Positions 18,984-28,972 of a DNA stretch of 64,000 nucleotides are shown one piece after another. Made by a program: the position numbers and the translations under genes. Source of the stretch: Acinetobacter phage Acj61; the sequence record GU911519.1. The stretch is one strand, 5' to 3'. Numbering within the stretch: the first letter of the stretch is position 1; every line of letters begins with the position of its first letter. Under the pieces are notes generated by a model. That model was not told the origin of the DNA, did no database searches, and saw nothing but the letters and a program-made list of their open reading frames with translations.

Positions 18984-19223
18984 TTTATACTATTCAGGCT
19001 TATAGCACTCTTCCGTTGTAAATATTTTTGCCAACTTCAGGAGGATAACTTTTGAACTGTTTACGAGTCACCACATCTTAAACACTTTGTGTAACGCATA
19101 GAGAATTTGTATGCATTGCTTTGAGTTAGTCCACCGCCTTTAACTCGTTCGGTCCATTGGTCCTAGTGATGAAAGATTTCTTCATGTTCGACTGTGTGTT
19201 TGCACATAAGTTGCTGAAGTATT

Positions 19224-19658
19224 TTAAACATTGAACGGACTCACTACAGGTAAATTGATTGTGTTACCATACATACGACGAGAACCTTGATAACATCCGG
19301 ATAACGAGTTTGCCATAATTGTATAAAATGGGCGAAGAGCAGGTTTTTGAGATTCAACTTCTACTGAAAGCCCGTATTCAGTCATGAGTTTGTTATACAT
19401 TTGATCATGAACCATCAAATTATGTTCAAGACGTTCAAGGATTGACATTGTTACAGGAATGAATTGCTCGAGAACTGAAGGATCGATTGCAACTGGTTTA
19501 GGGTCCCAAAAACCACCAAGTGTACATTTAGAAGAAGATCCGAACACCTCATTAAACTGCTTGTCAATTGCATCAGAGATAATAGTATCCATCATATTCA
19601 CAGTTAGATTATCCTGTGTTAAATCCTGAATGGCCTGTGTTAAAGTAGTTTGTTTCAT
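19224..19658 (-). CDS. Hypothetical protein
   Basis: 144 aa. Confidence 0.5.
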   Translation of the reverse strand: MKQTTLTQAIQDLTQDNLTVNMMDTIISDAIDKQFNEVFGSSSKCTLGGFWDPKPVAIDPSVLEQFIPVTMSILERLEHNLMVHDQMYNKLMTEYGLSVEVESQKPALRPFYTIMANSLSGCYQGSRRMYGNTINLPVVSPFNV

Positions 19659-19766
19659 AATTTAATACTCATTAGATGATAAGACTATAATAACAAATCA
19701 TATAGCAAAAGTAAACTATTAGATGCCACAAAAGGAGCATAAAGCTCCTATGTGATTACATTTTGA

Positions 19767-20036
19767 TCAGAACAATGTATCTAACTCTACTGCAATAGGC
19801 AGAAGTTCGTTAGTCAATGCTTTGATATTGTCACCTGTGATAGGTAATCCAATGTACTTGTGAGTGATCTGCTCCATATCTGCGATACGTTGCTTGTTCA
19901 TGTCTCGATCACGTGGGTCAACGATCAAACGAATATTTTCTTTAGCGAACTCAATAGCTACAATGCCAAGAGTAATTTTTGCATCTAAAGAACGAGTTGC
20001 ACGAGTATCAATTTTAGGTTTGAATGTGTTTTTCAT
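19767..20036 (-). CDS. Hypothetical protein
   Basis: 89 aa. Confidence 0.45.
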   Translation of the reverse strand: MKNTFKPKIDTRATRSLDAKITLGIVAIEFAKENIRLIVDPRDRDMNKQRIADMEQITHKYIGLPITGDNIKALTNELLPIAVELDTLF

Positions 20037-20089
20037 ATCATAACTCCGGTTTGTAAGATCATTATACTACATGTTAAGAAGAAGCACAA

Positions 20090-21598
20090 TTACTTGCGCA
20101 ACTTCTTGAGGATTTCTAAGTTTCGTTTACCAGGCAACATCTTGTTTTTCCATTCTTTACGTTGGAAGAACACTTTGGTGATTTCTTCAGGAATCACACC
20201 TTGGACATCTTTGGTGTACATCATGCCGTTTGGTGAACAACTGTACACTTCTGAAGGACGTGGAGCAGTTTTGTTGATGTACTCAGCCAATGGACTTAAT
20301 GCGAATGTACCTGCAATAGTTTCTGGGCTGATATTCACTTGACGAATGATCGATGGATACAATGATGTCAAGTCAAATGACATAACATATTTGTAAGCAC
20401 CTGGTTTTGGTTCCTTAACGTATGCACCTGGATAACCTTGACGAATATGAGATTTGCCTTCTGGTAAGATCGTGTGCTTTGATTTCAATGAGTTGAATAA
20501 AATCGCATCCCAAGTTTTGATTGGAGACATGACTGATCCGATTGCCATTTTAGCATAGTAACCCATTGAAAGTGATAGGTTAATGAATCCACGTTTCACA
20601 TCAATCGCTTGTACAGATTCAACGTCCATGATGTTGTACGAAATGTAACGTTGGTGATTTCGTTCACGTAACTTGTTAATTGGACCATCATATTCCAACT
20701 TACCAACACCGGTTTCATATTTCGCAATGAAGTCAAGTTTATAAGTCGGTTGGTTTGTGAATGCGAACTTTTTGTATAAGTCCATGTAGTCAAGAATCGT
20801 GACACCTACGATATTGAAGATTTCTTTGTCACCATACATGTTAGTGATGACTTTAGAAGTTACTTTACCGAATGGACTCATTCGATTGACTGCACTGTTA
20901 CCAAGAACTCGTTTCAAACGATTGAGCACGTATGGAATATCGAATCCTTCAACGTTCCAACCTGTGAAAATTACTGGTCGTTTAGTTTCCCAAAGATTGA
21001 CGTATTCCATCAATAATTCTTTTTCAGAATCAAATGGCATGTACACGACTTTGTCTAAAAGATTTTGAGGTACTTCATCACCACCTTCAGAATCTGGGCG
21101 AGCTGCAAGTTTGATGTCCCATTTCGAAACAGAACCATAAACCGAATTCAACAAGTCAAAGACATAGTACTTGTCATCGATTGAATCATAGTGAGTGATC
21201 GCATCGATTTCATACATCGCTTCAGCTGGATTCGGGAACTCTGCTGCAGTCACCTCAATGTCCATATTGGCAACACGAACATATTTTCGATTGTACTCAA
21301 TCACATCTTTGTATGTGTCAGCAATATATGCTAATTTGAAGTCATCCATACCAAGAACATCGACGATACCACGAGTTTTCTGCATCCAATCTTTGGCATC
21401 TTTGATGCATGTGAATCGTTTAGGGAGACATGGCTTACCATAAATGTCTTTGTACTTTGATTCAACGTGATCTTGTGCATGAATGAATAATGTCGGTTCA
21501 TATGGCACATAACGAATAACTTCTTCACCAAATTCATTGATGTATCGTTCACAAATGTTGTTACCAATCTGTTCGACTGCTAAATAAAAAGGCTTCAT
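20090..21598 (-). CDS. 43: DNA polymerase gp43, N-terminal fragment (43A): 3'-5' exonuclease domain plus motif A
   Basis: VANMDIEVT (Exo I D-x-E) and SFDLTSLYPSII (motif A); 502 aa ending at a stop codon. Sum with 43B is 892 aa against T4 gp43 898 aa. Confidence 0.85.
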   Translation of the reverse strand: MKPFYLAVEQIGNNICERYINEFGEEVIRYVPYEPTLFIHAQDHVESKYKDIYGKPCLPKRFTCIKDAKDWMQKTRGIVDVLGMDDFKLAYIADTYKDVIEYNRKYVRVANMDIEVTAAEFPNPAEAMYEIDAITHYDSIDDKYYVFDLLNSVYGSVSKWDIKLAARPDSEGGDEVPQNLLDKVVYMPFDSEKELLMEYVNLWETKRPVIFTGWNVEGFDIPYVLNRLKRVLGNSAVNRMSPFGKVTSKVITNMYGDKEIFNIVGVTILDYMDLYKKFAFTNQPTYKLDFIAKYETGVGKLEYDGPINKLRERNHQRYISYNIMDVESVQAIDVKRGFINLSLSMGYYAKMAIGSVMSPIKTWDAILFNSLKSKHTILPEGKSHIRQGYPGAYVKEPKPGAYKYVMSFDLTSLYPSIIRQVNISPETIAGTFALSPLAEYINKTAPRPSEVYSCSPNGMMYTKDVQGVIPEEITKVFFQRKEWKNKMLPGKRNLEILKKLRK

Positions 21599-21642
21599 AA
21601 ACTACTCCATAATTATAGGGAAATTGTATACCAAAAAAATTT

Positions 21643-21662
21643 AAAGCGGGTTTCCCCGCTTT
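21643..21662. terminator. Bidirectional hairpin terminator upstream of gene 43
   Basis: AAAGCGGG-TTTCC-CCGCTTT, flanked by A-run and T-run. Confidence 0.5.
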
Positions 21663-21665
21663 CTT

Positions 21666-21905
21666 TTAATTGGTTTGAACATCGTTTGCGATTGCTCGTT
21701 TGCTCATTTCTTCTCGAGGAATCCAGCCTTTTTCTGTTTTGACATAACATCCTGAAACTATGCTATATCGAGTTTGCCGATCAGTCATTGATTCGTAACT
21801 ATTGCATTGCATGAATCCAGAAACAGTGTTCCATCCAGCGATTAAGATTGCAATAACGACTACTAAAATGATTGTGGCCCATAATTCAAATGCGGCGTTT
21901 GACAT
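21666..21905 (-). CDS. Small membrane protein
   Basis: 79 aa with an N-terminal TM helix. Confidence 0.45.
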   Translation of the reverse strand: MSNAAFELWATIILVVVIAILIAGWNTVSGFMQCNSYESMTDRQTRYSIVSGCYVKTEKGWIPREEMSKRAIANDVQTN

Positions 21906-21906
21906 A

Positions 21907-22263
21907 TTAGTTTCCTACAGTGTACTTTGATTTAAGTGTCCATTCAGACTTTTGACTGAACTTAATAACTCGGAAATTGTTAGAGATTTCTACATCTCCG
22001 AGGTCAGTTTTGATAAGACCCCATGCTTCAAGAGTCTTAGCAATTGATTTGGTACGAAGCAGATCATCTTCAGACATGTTGACAGCTTTGCCATCTAATT
22101 TCATCATGTCTTTAAAATGAGCAATGAAATATTTTCCTTGCTTTTGCAAGATATGGCAAGACTGGTACAAGACTTTGTCTTTATTGTTTGCGATACCCAT
22201 GCGAGTAAGAGTTTCTTTAACTTTTAGGAAGTCGTCTGGTGTGTTCAAAATAATGTTAATCAT
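21907..22263 (-). CDS. regA: Translational repressor RegA
   Basis: 118 aa (T4 RegA 122 aa); synteny 62-regA-43. Confidence 0.65.
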   Translation of the reverse strand: MINIILNTPDDFLKVKETLTRMGIANNKDKVLYQSCHILQKQGKYFIAHFKDMMKLDGKAVNMSEDDLLRTKSIAKTLEAWGLIKTDLGDVEISNNFRVIKFSQKSEWTLKSKYTVGN

Positions 22264-22826
22264 AGCAATCTCTTTAACTCTTTCTGCTCTTTGACATTTT
22301 TCGTGATCGACTTCAAAAATTCATCAGTCACGAATCCTTTAGCTTGTTGCAACACTGCATCAAGTTTACCTTTATGTTGTAGCAAATCACGATATTCTAC
22401 CGCTTTGCCTGGGTTGACTTTGTAAAACTTCTGTAGAAGTTGAAGTACAAATTTGTCTTTGAATGATTCATCAAGCTTAACTGCCTTAGCGAATCGTTTG
22501 CCATGTGGAATCGCATTCATTAAGTAGTTATGATGAGCTTGGTCACTCATTCCATGAAGTAACATGTTAGCCATGTACACATGGTGGATGCAATCAACGT
22601 GTTTCGATAACATGTTGTCAACTGCAAACTTTGAATATGAATCGATGTTGCCAACAGGTAATTCTTTCTTACCCGTGTTGATATTGTTGAGCAACATGAA
22701 GAATTCATTTTCAGGTTTTTCTTTATATGAATCAGCCAACTTCTGAACTGCTTCCCAATCTTTGCCAAACCAAGCAACGTCATGTTCAGAATATTGTTGT
22801 TCATCTTCACCAAATAAACAGATCAT
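22260..22826 (-). CDS. 62: Clamp loader small subunit gp62
   Basis: 188 aa (T4 187 aa); coupled to gp44. Confidence 0.7.
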   Translation of the reverse strand: MICLFGEDEQQYSEHDVAWFGKDWEAVQKLADSYKEKPENEFFMLLNNINTGKKELPVGNIDSYSKFAVDNMLSKHVDCIHHVYMANMLLHGMSDQAHHNYLMNAIPHGKRFAKAVKLDESFKDKFVLQLLQKFYKVNPGKAVEYRDLLQHKGKLDAVLQQAKGFVTDEFLKSITKNVKEQKELKRLL

Positions 22827-22887
22827 GATAATGTCCTCATTTAGTTGATAAGGCTATTATATCAAATAGCCTTGGATTTGTAAACAC

Positions 22888-23853
22888 TTAGTTCCATTGA
22901 ATTTCGAGAACTAAACGAGTGAACATGTACATCATGTGGATTTCGACGTTGGCTGCAAGACCATGCATCTGATTATTTTCACCTACAATTTCATACATAC
23001 GAATGATACTGGCTTTTGAGACCTTAGTGTACAATTCATTTGCAAGTTTTTCGATGAAGAATGAATAATCCGGTGCATACTTAGGAGCTAATGCTCGTAA
23101 TGTTGCAAGGTCTTTTCCTTTGAGAGCTTCGAGAACATCATCAATTGAACCACGATCATTTGTTACAATCGAAAGAATACCTTCGTCAATAACACCTTTG
23201 GTTGAATAATGATCTAATTGCTTGATCGTTTCACGGAAATCTGGGAAGTTTTTCTTGACCAAAGCTGCAATGACCTTACGATCTTGGACTTCGATGCCTT
23301 CATTTTCACAGATTGCCATACAACGAACAATCATTTCTTTCATCATGGTACGTGTATCTTCTTGAGTTGGTGACCCAAATTGGATAACGTTAGCACGAGA
23401 ACGAAGTGGTTTGATGATACCTTCGAGATTGTTGGCAGTGATAATGATTGAACAGTTGTTGCCATAAGTTTCCATGAAAGTACGTAAGTGACGTTGTGCT
23501 TCAGCAACACCAGCTCGGTCGAACTCATCAATAACAATAACTTTTTGACGTCCATCCATTGATTTAGATGATGCGAAACGAGTCAATTCATTACGAACGA
23601 AATCGATCTTACAGTCAGAACCATTGACAAAGAACATTTCTGCATTAATATCAGCACATAGGGCTTTTGCAACAGTTGTCTTACCGGTACCAGGAGAATT
23701 TGATTGGAGAATGAGATGTGGAATCTTGCCTTTCTTAACCAAGGCTAAAAAGATTTCCTTATCATGTGCAGGCAAAACACATTCTTGAATTGATTGTGGA
23801 CGATATTTCAACTCAAACATATGTTCTTGTGCGTTAATTGTTAAATTACTCAT
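22888..23853 (-). CDS. 44: Clamp loader large subunit gp44 (AAA+)
   Basis: SNSPGTGKTT Walker A and VIVIDEFD Walker B; 321 aa. Confidence 0.85.
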   Translation of the reverse strand: MSNLTINAQEHMFELKYRPQSIQECVLPAHDKEIFLALVKKGKIPHLILQSNSPGTGKTTVAKALCADINAEMFFVNGSDCKIDFVRNELTRFASSKSMDGRQKVIVIDEFDRAGVAEAQRHLRTFMETYGNNCSIIITANNLEGIIKPLRSRANVIQFGSPTQEDTRTMMKEMIVRCMAICENEGIEVQDRKVIAALVKKNFPDFRETIKQLDHYSTKGVIDEGILSIVTNDRGSIDDVLEALKGKDLATLRALAPKYAPDYSFFIEKLANELYTKVSKASIIRMYEIVGENNQMHGLAANVEIHMMYMFTRLVLEIQWN

Positions 23854-23911
23854 AATAAGCTCCGTGTCATTTCAGAAAAATAAGAAGTAAGGAAGGCCCG
23901 AAGGCCTTAAC

Positions 23912-24598
23912 TTAGAAATCGTGTGTTGAATCAGCTTCTACTGCTAAGACATATGATGCAGTTGTACCTTCGAACTTAGAAGCGAACATTTCACCAGTAG
24001 CCCATAGCAATACTTTGTAGCTATCTTGTTGCATTTTCATATTTGCAATATTGATAACAAAGTTGAAGTTGTTAGAGTCATTATATTCTGTTGCATCGAA
24101 CTTGTACAATGGTTTTTCAAGTTTTGAATCGGCAATTTTGTTAAATGATTTGATAACGATTTTACCATCTTCAGAACCAATTGTCAAAGTATCAGCGCCA
24201 AGACCACGTGAAACTCGCATGATTTGTTGATATTCTTCGGCATTCAATTCGAAGATCACGTTTGCAGTTGGGAAACTGATTTGTTTCTTAGGTGCAACGA
24301 TTGTTGATGGGTCTGCAGAAGGCCAAGTGATTTCAGATCGAGCACCTTTGATTGAGATGTCACCTTCTTTATTCAATGAGATTGTTGCATTTTCATCAGC
24401 TAACGATAGAATGCTTAAGAACGCATTGAGATCGTAAATACCAAATTCTGCATCAATTTCATCACTCAATGTTGCTTCGGCATAAGTTGCACCATTGACA
24501 GATCGAGTCATTACGAATTGACCAGGTTTTAATACGATACCGCCATTGATTGTTGCAAAGTTTTTAAGAGTAGCCAAAGATTCTTTAGAGAGTTGCAT
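23912..24598 (-). CDS. 45: Sliding clamp gp45
   Basis: 228 aa; N-terminus MQLSKESLATLKNFATINGGIVLKPGQFVMTRSVNG is close to T4 gp45. Confidence 0.85.
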   Translation of the reverse strand: MQLSKESLATLKNFATINGGIVLKPGQFVMTRSVNGATYAEATLSDEIDAEFGIYDLNAFLSILSLADENATISLNKEGDISIKGARSEITWPSADPSTIVAPKKQISFPTANVIFELNAEEYQQIMRVSRGLGADTLTIGSEDGKIVIKSFNKIADSKLEKPLYKFDATEYNDSNNFNFVINIANMKMQQDSYKVLLWATGEMFASKFEGTTASYVLAVEADSTHDF

Positions 24599-24646
24599 AA
24601 TTACCTCGAAATGTTAATAAAAATGTTGTTAGTGATATTATATCAC

Positions 24647-25021
24647 TTATTCGCCTTTCGCAGAACGAGTTGCGAAATCTTCAAGCCATAGTTGAGCTGC
24701 AGTGATGAGTAATTCATCGGAGTCAGAGCAGAAGGCATCTTCAAGACGTTCGATACCATCGACTTTAACAAATTTAGCACCATCTTCAATTGCTTTGAGA
24801 CGTGCATCTTTCATGAGTTTGACCCAGATCGCTTGAACTTCAAAGTCGAATTCACGGAACAGTTGACATTTTACATATCCAGGGAAGTGTTCAAATTTGG
24901 CTTTATCTGCCTCAGGCATCTGAAGTTTCCAAGCATTTCGAACACGTTGATCACAAGATTCACCACGAGTTTTCTTTGGTTGGATGTCTGCAGGAGTGAT
25001 CATAGTCATTGAATTGTTCAT
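24647..25021 (-). CDS. Hypothetical protein at the rpbA position
   Basis: 124 aa; sits between 45 and 46 as rpbA does in T4. Confidence 0.4.
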   Translation of the reverse strand: MNNSMTMITPADIQPKKTRGESCDQRVRNAWKLQMPEADKAKFEHFPGYVKCQLFREFDFEVQAIWVKLMKDARLKAIEDGAKFVKVDGIERLEDAFCSDSDELLITAAQLWLEDFATRSAKGE

Positions 25022-25097
25022 AATAAATTCCTTGATTAAGTGGATGTATCAATTAAGATTTGATGAGAGTATTTTAAACTACAATTTAATATAGCAC

Positions 25098-25286
25098 TCA
25101 ATCATAATACTCTGATAAGAGCCAGGCGTCATTTCGCCCTGATTTAATTTTGAGGAATCCCTCTTCACCAAAGGCAGCTAAAAGCTGCTCTTTAGTAACG
25201 AGAGTTTCTTCATTCGTATAGAGATTAGTAAGTGTATACTTCTTAATCTCTGGGTGCAATGACAAATCGTTTAGAGTTTCCATCAT
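25098..25286 (-). CDS. Small hypothetical protein
   Basis: 62 aa, coupled to gp46. Confidence 0.4.
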   Translation of the reverse strand: MMETLNDLSLHPEIKKYTLTNLYTNEETLVTKEQLLAAFGEEGFLKIKSGRNDAWLLSEYYD

Positions 25287-26965
25287 TACTCCATAATTGT
25301 GAATCGGCCCACCTTCTTCATTTGCAAGTGCTGGCCATAATCTTGCGGATTATGATCTCGGTGAGAGATAATGAAAATGTTAGCGTCTTTCAATTCGCCT
25401 AGGATTTGATTGATAGACTTCATTGCTTGTGCGTCAACTGGGCCATCGAAAACTTCATCCAAGAACAGACAGTTAATTTTAATACCACTTACTTTTTCAG
25501 CAATATCTCGCCAAGTAAATAGCAATGCGATGTCAATACGAGCTTTCTCGCCTTGACTGAATGAAGCATAGGTGAACTCTTCACGTCCACGTGACTTGAT
25601 CGTTTCTGAGAATTCTTCATCAAGAACGAACGAGTAGTCAGCTTCCATAATGTTCAAATAGTGATTAATTTGCTTATTGAACAAAGGGATGTACTTCTTG
25701 ATAATAGAGCCTTTGATGCCAGAATCTTTGAGCATTTCAGTGATTAGACCACGACGATGTTTTTCAAGTACCAAGTCAGACTTGTGCTGAATGTCATTAT
25801 TTAATTTCGACTGAAGCGAATTAACTTCTTCAGTGTTATCAACAAATTCCTTTGATGCTTCTTCAAGAGCAGCATTGATCTTTCGAATTCGTTCGACTTG
25901 TTGAACAGCCAATTGGCGATTCGTTGCGATCTGGTTTTCATAACGACGAATTTCCTCTTTAGCATTCAAGTGAGCTACTTTACGAGAGTGAACTTCAGCA
26001 TGAACTTCTTTAAGGCGTTCGAATTCTGATGTCAATGAAGCTTTAGAATCTTCAATCTTGTCTACCAATGAGTCATCTGAAAGTTGTTGTAAACATGTAG
26101 GACATGAGCCACCTTTTTGATACAATGATAGCACACGAACTGTTTGATTGAGTTCACCTTCGATTTGTACTACAGCACGATGAGCATTATGGCTTTCGTC
26201 TGATGGGTCTTCACCTGCATCAACGCCTAAGATTTTTTCATTCAATGACTGATTTTCTGCTTTGATCTTTTCGATCTCAGCCATCGCCTCGTCTTTCATT
26301 GTCTGTAGTCGAGTGATGTTGTCACCAGACAATTTCTTTTGACGCTCAGCATAGTCATTATGAGTTTTGATCTGAGTTTGGGTATGTCCAATTGTCAAAT
26401 CAATTTGCTGTACATCAGTGTTCAATTCACGAATTGCACTTTTGTTAAGCTTGTCCATTTCTGCAAGAATCGTTACTTCTAATAAGTCTTCAACTAACTT
26501 ACGACGTGAAGGAGTATTGAGTCCCATAAATGGCGTGTAACCAGCAGTACCGAGTACGACGATTTGCTTGAATGATGCATAGTTCATTCCAATCATTTCT
26601 TCGAAGTGAGTTTGGAAATCACGTACACTTGCTGATTCATCGATTGGTACACCATCTTTCTTGACGGTGAACACATTCGGCTTGATGCCACGAGCGATTT
26701 CAAACACATGTCCATCATACTCCATTGCCAATTCAACTAACAAAGCTTTCTTTGTAACTGAGTTGACCAACTGGCCTTTTTTGATGTCACGAAACGGTTT
26801 TCCAAATAGAGCAAATGTGATTGCTTCTAACATTGTACTCTTGCCACCGCCATTTTTACCTGTGATGAGAGTCTTATGATGTGCATCAAGTGCAATTCGG
26901 ATTTCTGTATCGCCTACAGACATGATATTCTTGTAGGCGACGCTGTTGAGTTTAAATGTTTTCAT
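25286..26965 (-). CDS. 46: Recombination nuclease subunit gp46 (Rad50/SbcC-like ATPase)
   Basis: Start set at MKTFKLNSVAYKNIMSVG, matching the T4 gp46 N-terminus. Walker A TGKNGGGKST; coiled-coil; signature motif near the C-terminus. Confidence 0.85.
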   Translation of the reverse strand: MKTFKLNSVAYKNIMSVGDTEIRIALDAHHKTLITGKNGGGKSTMLEAITFALFGKPFRDIKKGQLVNSVTKKALLVELAMEYDGHVFEIARGIKPNVFTVKKDGVPIDESASVRDFQTHFEEMIGMNYASFKQIVVLGTAGYTPFMGLNTPSRRKLVEDLLEVTILAEMDKLNKSAIRELNTDVQQIDLTIGHTQTQIKTHNDYAERQKKLSGDNITRLQTMKDEAMAEIEKIKAENQSLNEKILGVDAGEDPSDESHNAHRAVVQIEGELNQTVRVLSLYQKGGSCPTCLQQLSDDSLVDKIEDSKASLTSEFERLKEVHAEVHSRKVAHLNAKEEIRRYENQIATNRQLAVQQVERIRKINAALEEASKEFVDNTEEVNSLQSKLNNDIQHKSDLVLEKHRRGLITEMLKDSGIKGSIIKKYIPLFNKQINHYLNIMEADYSFVLDEEFSETIKSRGREEFTYASFSQGEKARIDIALLFTWRDIAEKVSGIKINCLFLDEVFDGPVDAQAMKSINQILGELKDANIFIISHRDHNPQDYGQHLQMKKVGRFTIME

Positions 26966-27068
26966 AGTTGTGAACCTGCCATAAGACCGCCAAAAAATGC
27001 AGCTGTTGCGATAGCACACCAAATCAATTCATTTGCGAACCATTCACGTTTTGTCATCTTGACATAAA

Positions 27069-28085
27069 TCATTTTGAAGCCTCCAAGTACAATTGTTTAA
27101 CGATTATCTTTGTTGCATCGATATCTGCAGCATTGACTTCAGGTAGAGCATCAACATATTCTTCCATCAAATCTGGTAGTGTCTTGATCTCTTCATCAAC
27201 TGCATCGTCAGTTACTTCAACTGATGTATCAACTTTAACAATGACCTTCAATTCATGAACAACTTCTTCGAGTGCAGTTTCAAATGCAACCAAAGACTTA
27301 TCCATTTTGTCTACTATAACACGTAATGAGATGTTTGTAAACTGTCTTGGATTAATTGAGCATGGATAATAAATCTTTTTGTGCCAGATCGTTTCATTTG
27401 GAACGAATTCTGATTCTTCGGTTTCTGTATCAAAAATCCAGAATCCACGAATGTCATTTTCATCACCAGCAGTCAGTGTGTAAGGAGTTCCAATGTAACT
27501 GACATTCTTATTTTCTGATTGTGTATGGAAGTGACCTGACCATGCTCGTTTGTATCGACGTAAGAAATCAGGCTCAATACCATGTGATTTCATGCCTTTG
27601 TAGAAATAGAATCCATTTAGTTCGAAGTGTCCTAAACAATATCGAGCTTCAGTAGTTTTCATGTACTCAAGAATTTCTTCTCGATTCTCATCACAAATCC
27701 AAGGCACCATATCGATTTTGAGTCCATCATAATCAACAGTTGTGATCTTATCATAGATTGTGAAGTGCGGGAACTGAGTCAACAATTCTGTGCAAGCATT
27801 CGGATGAATTTTTTGTTTGAGTGACATGTCGTGATTACCCACAATCACATCGACTTCAATACCTGCATTGCCAATTTCAGTTGCGATTTCACGAGTGAAT
27901 TCCATGCACTTGTGAGTAATTGCTTTGCGTACATCGAACCAGTCACCAGCCTGTAACCATTTCGTGATGCCGTGCTTCTTTGAGATTTCAATCGCTTGAC
28001 GAATTGCATCTCGTTGTAAGTCTTGAACCCATTTGTCATCTTGCTTGACTCCAAAATGAAGGTCGCCAAGTTTAAGTACTTTCAT
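27069..28085 (-). CDS. 47: Recombination nuclease subunit gp47 (Mre11/SbcD-like)
   Basis: GDLHFG and GNHD phosphoesterase motifs; 338 aa. Confidence 0.85.
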   Translation of the reverse strand: MKVLKLGDLHFGVKQDDKWVQDLQRDAIRQAIEISKKHGITKWLQAGDWFDVRKAITHKCMEFTREIATEIGNAGIEVDVIVGNHDMSLKQKIHPNACTELLTQFPHFTIYDKITTVDYDGLKIDMVPWICDENREEILEYMKTTEARYCLGHFELNGFYFYKGMKSHGIEPDFLRRYKRAWSGHFHTQSENKNVSYIGTPYTLTAGDENDIRGFWIFDTETEESEFVPNETIWHKKIYYPCSINPRQFTNISLRVIVDKMDKSLVAFETALEEVVHELKVIVKVDTSVEVTDDAVDEEIKTLPDLMEEYVDALPEVNAADIDATKIIVKQLYLEASK

Positions 28086-28226
28086 GTTTTACCTCCAACG
28101 TAATGATTCCATTATACCACAAAAGGATGCTAAAGCATCCCCGTGAAGTTATCGAACAAATCAGGCTTCGCTTCGCGCTGGTCCGGGTCCGGACCAGAAA
28201 TCCACTTCGTAAATAACTAACGAAGT

Positions 28227-28234
28227 TATTTATA
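28227..28234 (-). promoter_or_regulatory. Possible late promoter (TATAAATA on the minus strand) within a palindrome-rich intergenic region
   Basis: Plus-strand TATTTATA, the reverse complement of TATAAATA; embedded in the 16-bp palindrome AAGTTATTTATAACTT. Confidence 0.3.
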
Positions 28235-28355
28235 ACTTTTCTCTGAGCACTTTCTCGAAAAGTGAACAATTTAGTTTAGAAAGTAAACATCCAATTGTAT
28301 TGTATTTGTAACAACATATAGATACGCGAAAGGGACTCAATTGAGTCCCTATACG

Positions 28356-28724
28356 TTATTTAGCGGTTTGTACAATATCGAGCAATGATTGACGGCTGGT
28401 ATTCCACATTGTGCGAATGAGTTCGTCGTTATAAGGCTGTTTATAAATGTCACGCAATTTCTTAATAGCGTATGCATAACCATCAAATCGGTTTTCCATT
28501 AAACATTTACCAGCATGATTTTTGAGACGTTTGATTTCACGTCCATTTCGTTTTAAAACCCGTTGTGCTTTTTGAGTAGCCATAGACATCATTTTATCGT
28601 GCATCTTTTCTGCATCGTAGTGGTCTAAGAGAGATGATTGACCTTCATCTTCGGCTTGTTCTTCAGTGAGGTTTGCTTGGATTGCTTCAGCTTCAACTAA
28701 TTGATGTTCGATATTGGCTTGCAT
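28356..28724 (-). CDS. Hypothetical protein
   Basis: 122 aa. Confidence 0.5.
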   Translation of the reverse strand: MQANIEHQLVEAEAIQANLTEEQAEDEGQSSLLDHYDAEKMHDKMMSMATQKAQRVLKRNGREIKRLKNHAGKCLMENRFDGYAYAIKKLRDIYKQPYNDELIRTMWNTSRQSLLDIVQTAK

Positions 28725-28726
28725 AA

Positions 28727-28972
28727 TTATCCCTTTGTTTCGTAGGTGAGCTGCAATCCGAATGATGATTCAGATACGTTAAATTGATAATCTAAATCGA
28801 AATTCGGATCGATTTCAGCTCTGAATAGATTGTTACCACCAGGTAACGTTGCGTATTGGCTGTCTTCATTTAATAGATGAGTTATGTCAAGATTCATCTC
28901 CATATAGGAAATCCAGGTTAGGTCCATCAGCTTTCGCTTGCTCTTTCGGCTGAGCTTTAACTGACTCTTCAT
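28727..28972 (-). CDS. Possible small ORF overlapping the gp55 3' end
   Basis: 81 aa; overlaps gene 55 by 86 nt in another frame; uncertain. Confidence 0.2.
   Translation of the reverse strand: MKSQLKLSRKSKRKLMDLTWISYMEMNLDITHLLNEDSQYATLPGGNNLFRAEIDPNFDLDYQFNVSESSFGLQLTYETKG

Noticed and set aside
14930-21598. Intein or group I intron as the explanation for split gp43
   Set aside because: The intervening 4 kb is not in frame with either half. Both halves have their own stop and start. No intron-like core structure or HEG is present in the insert.
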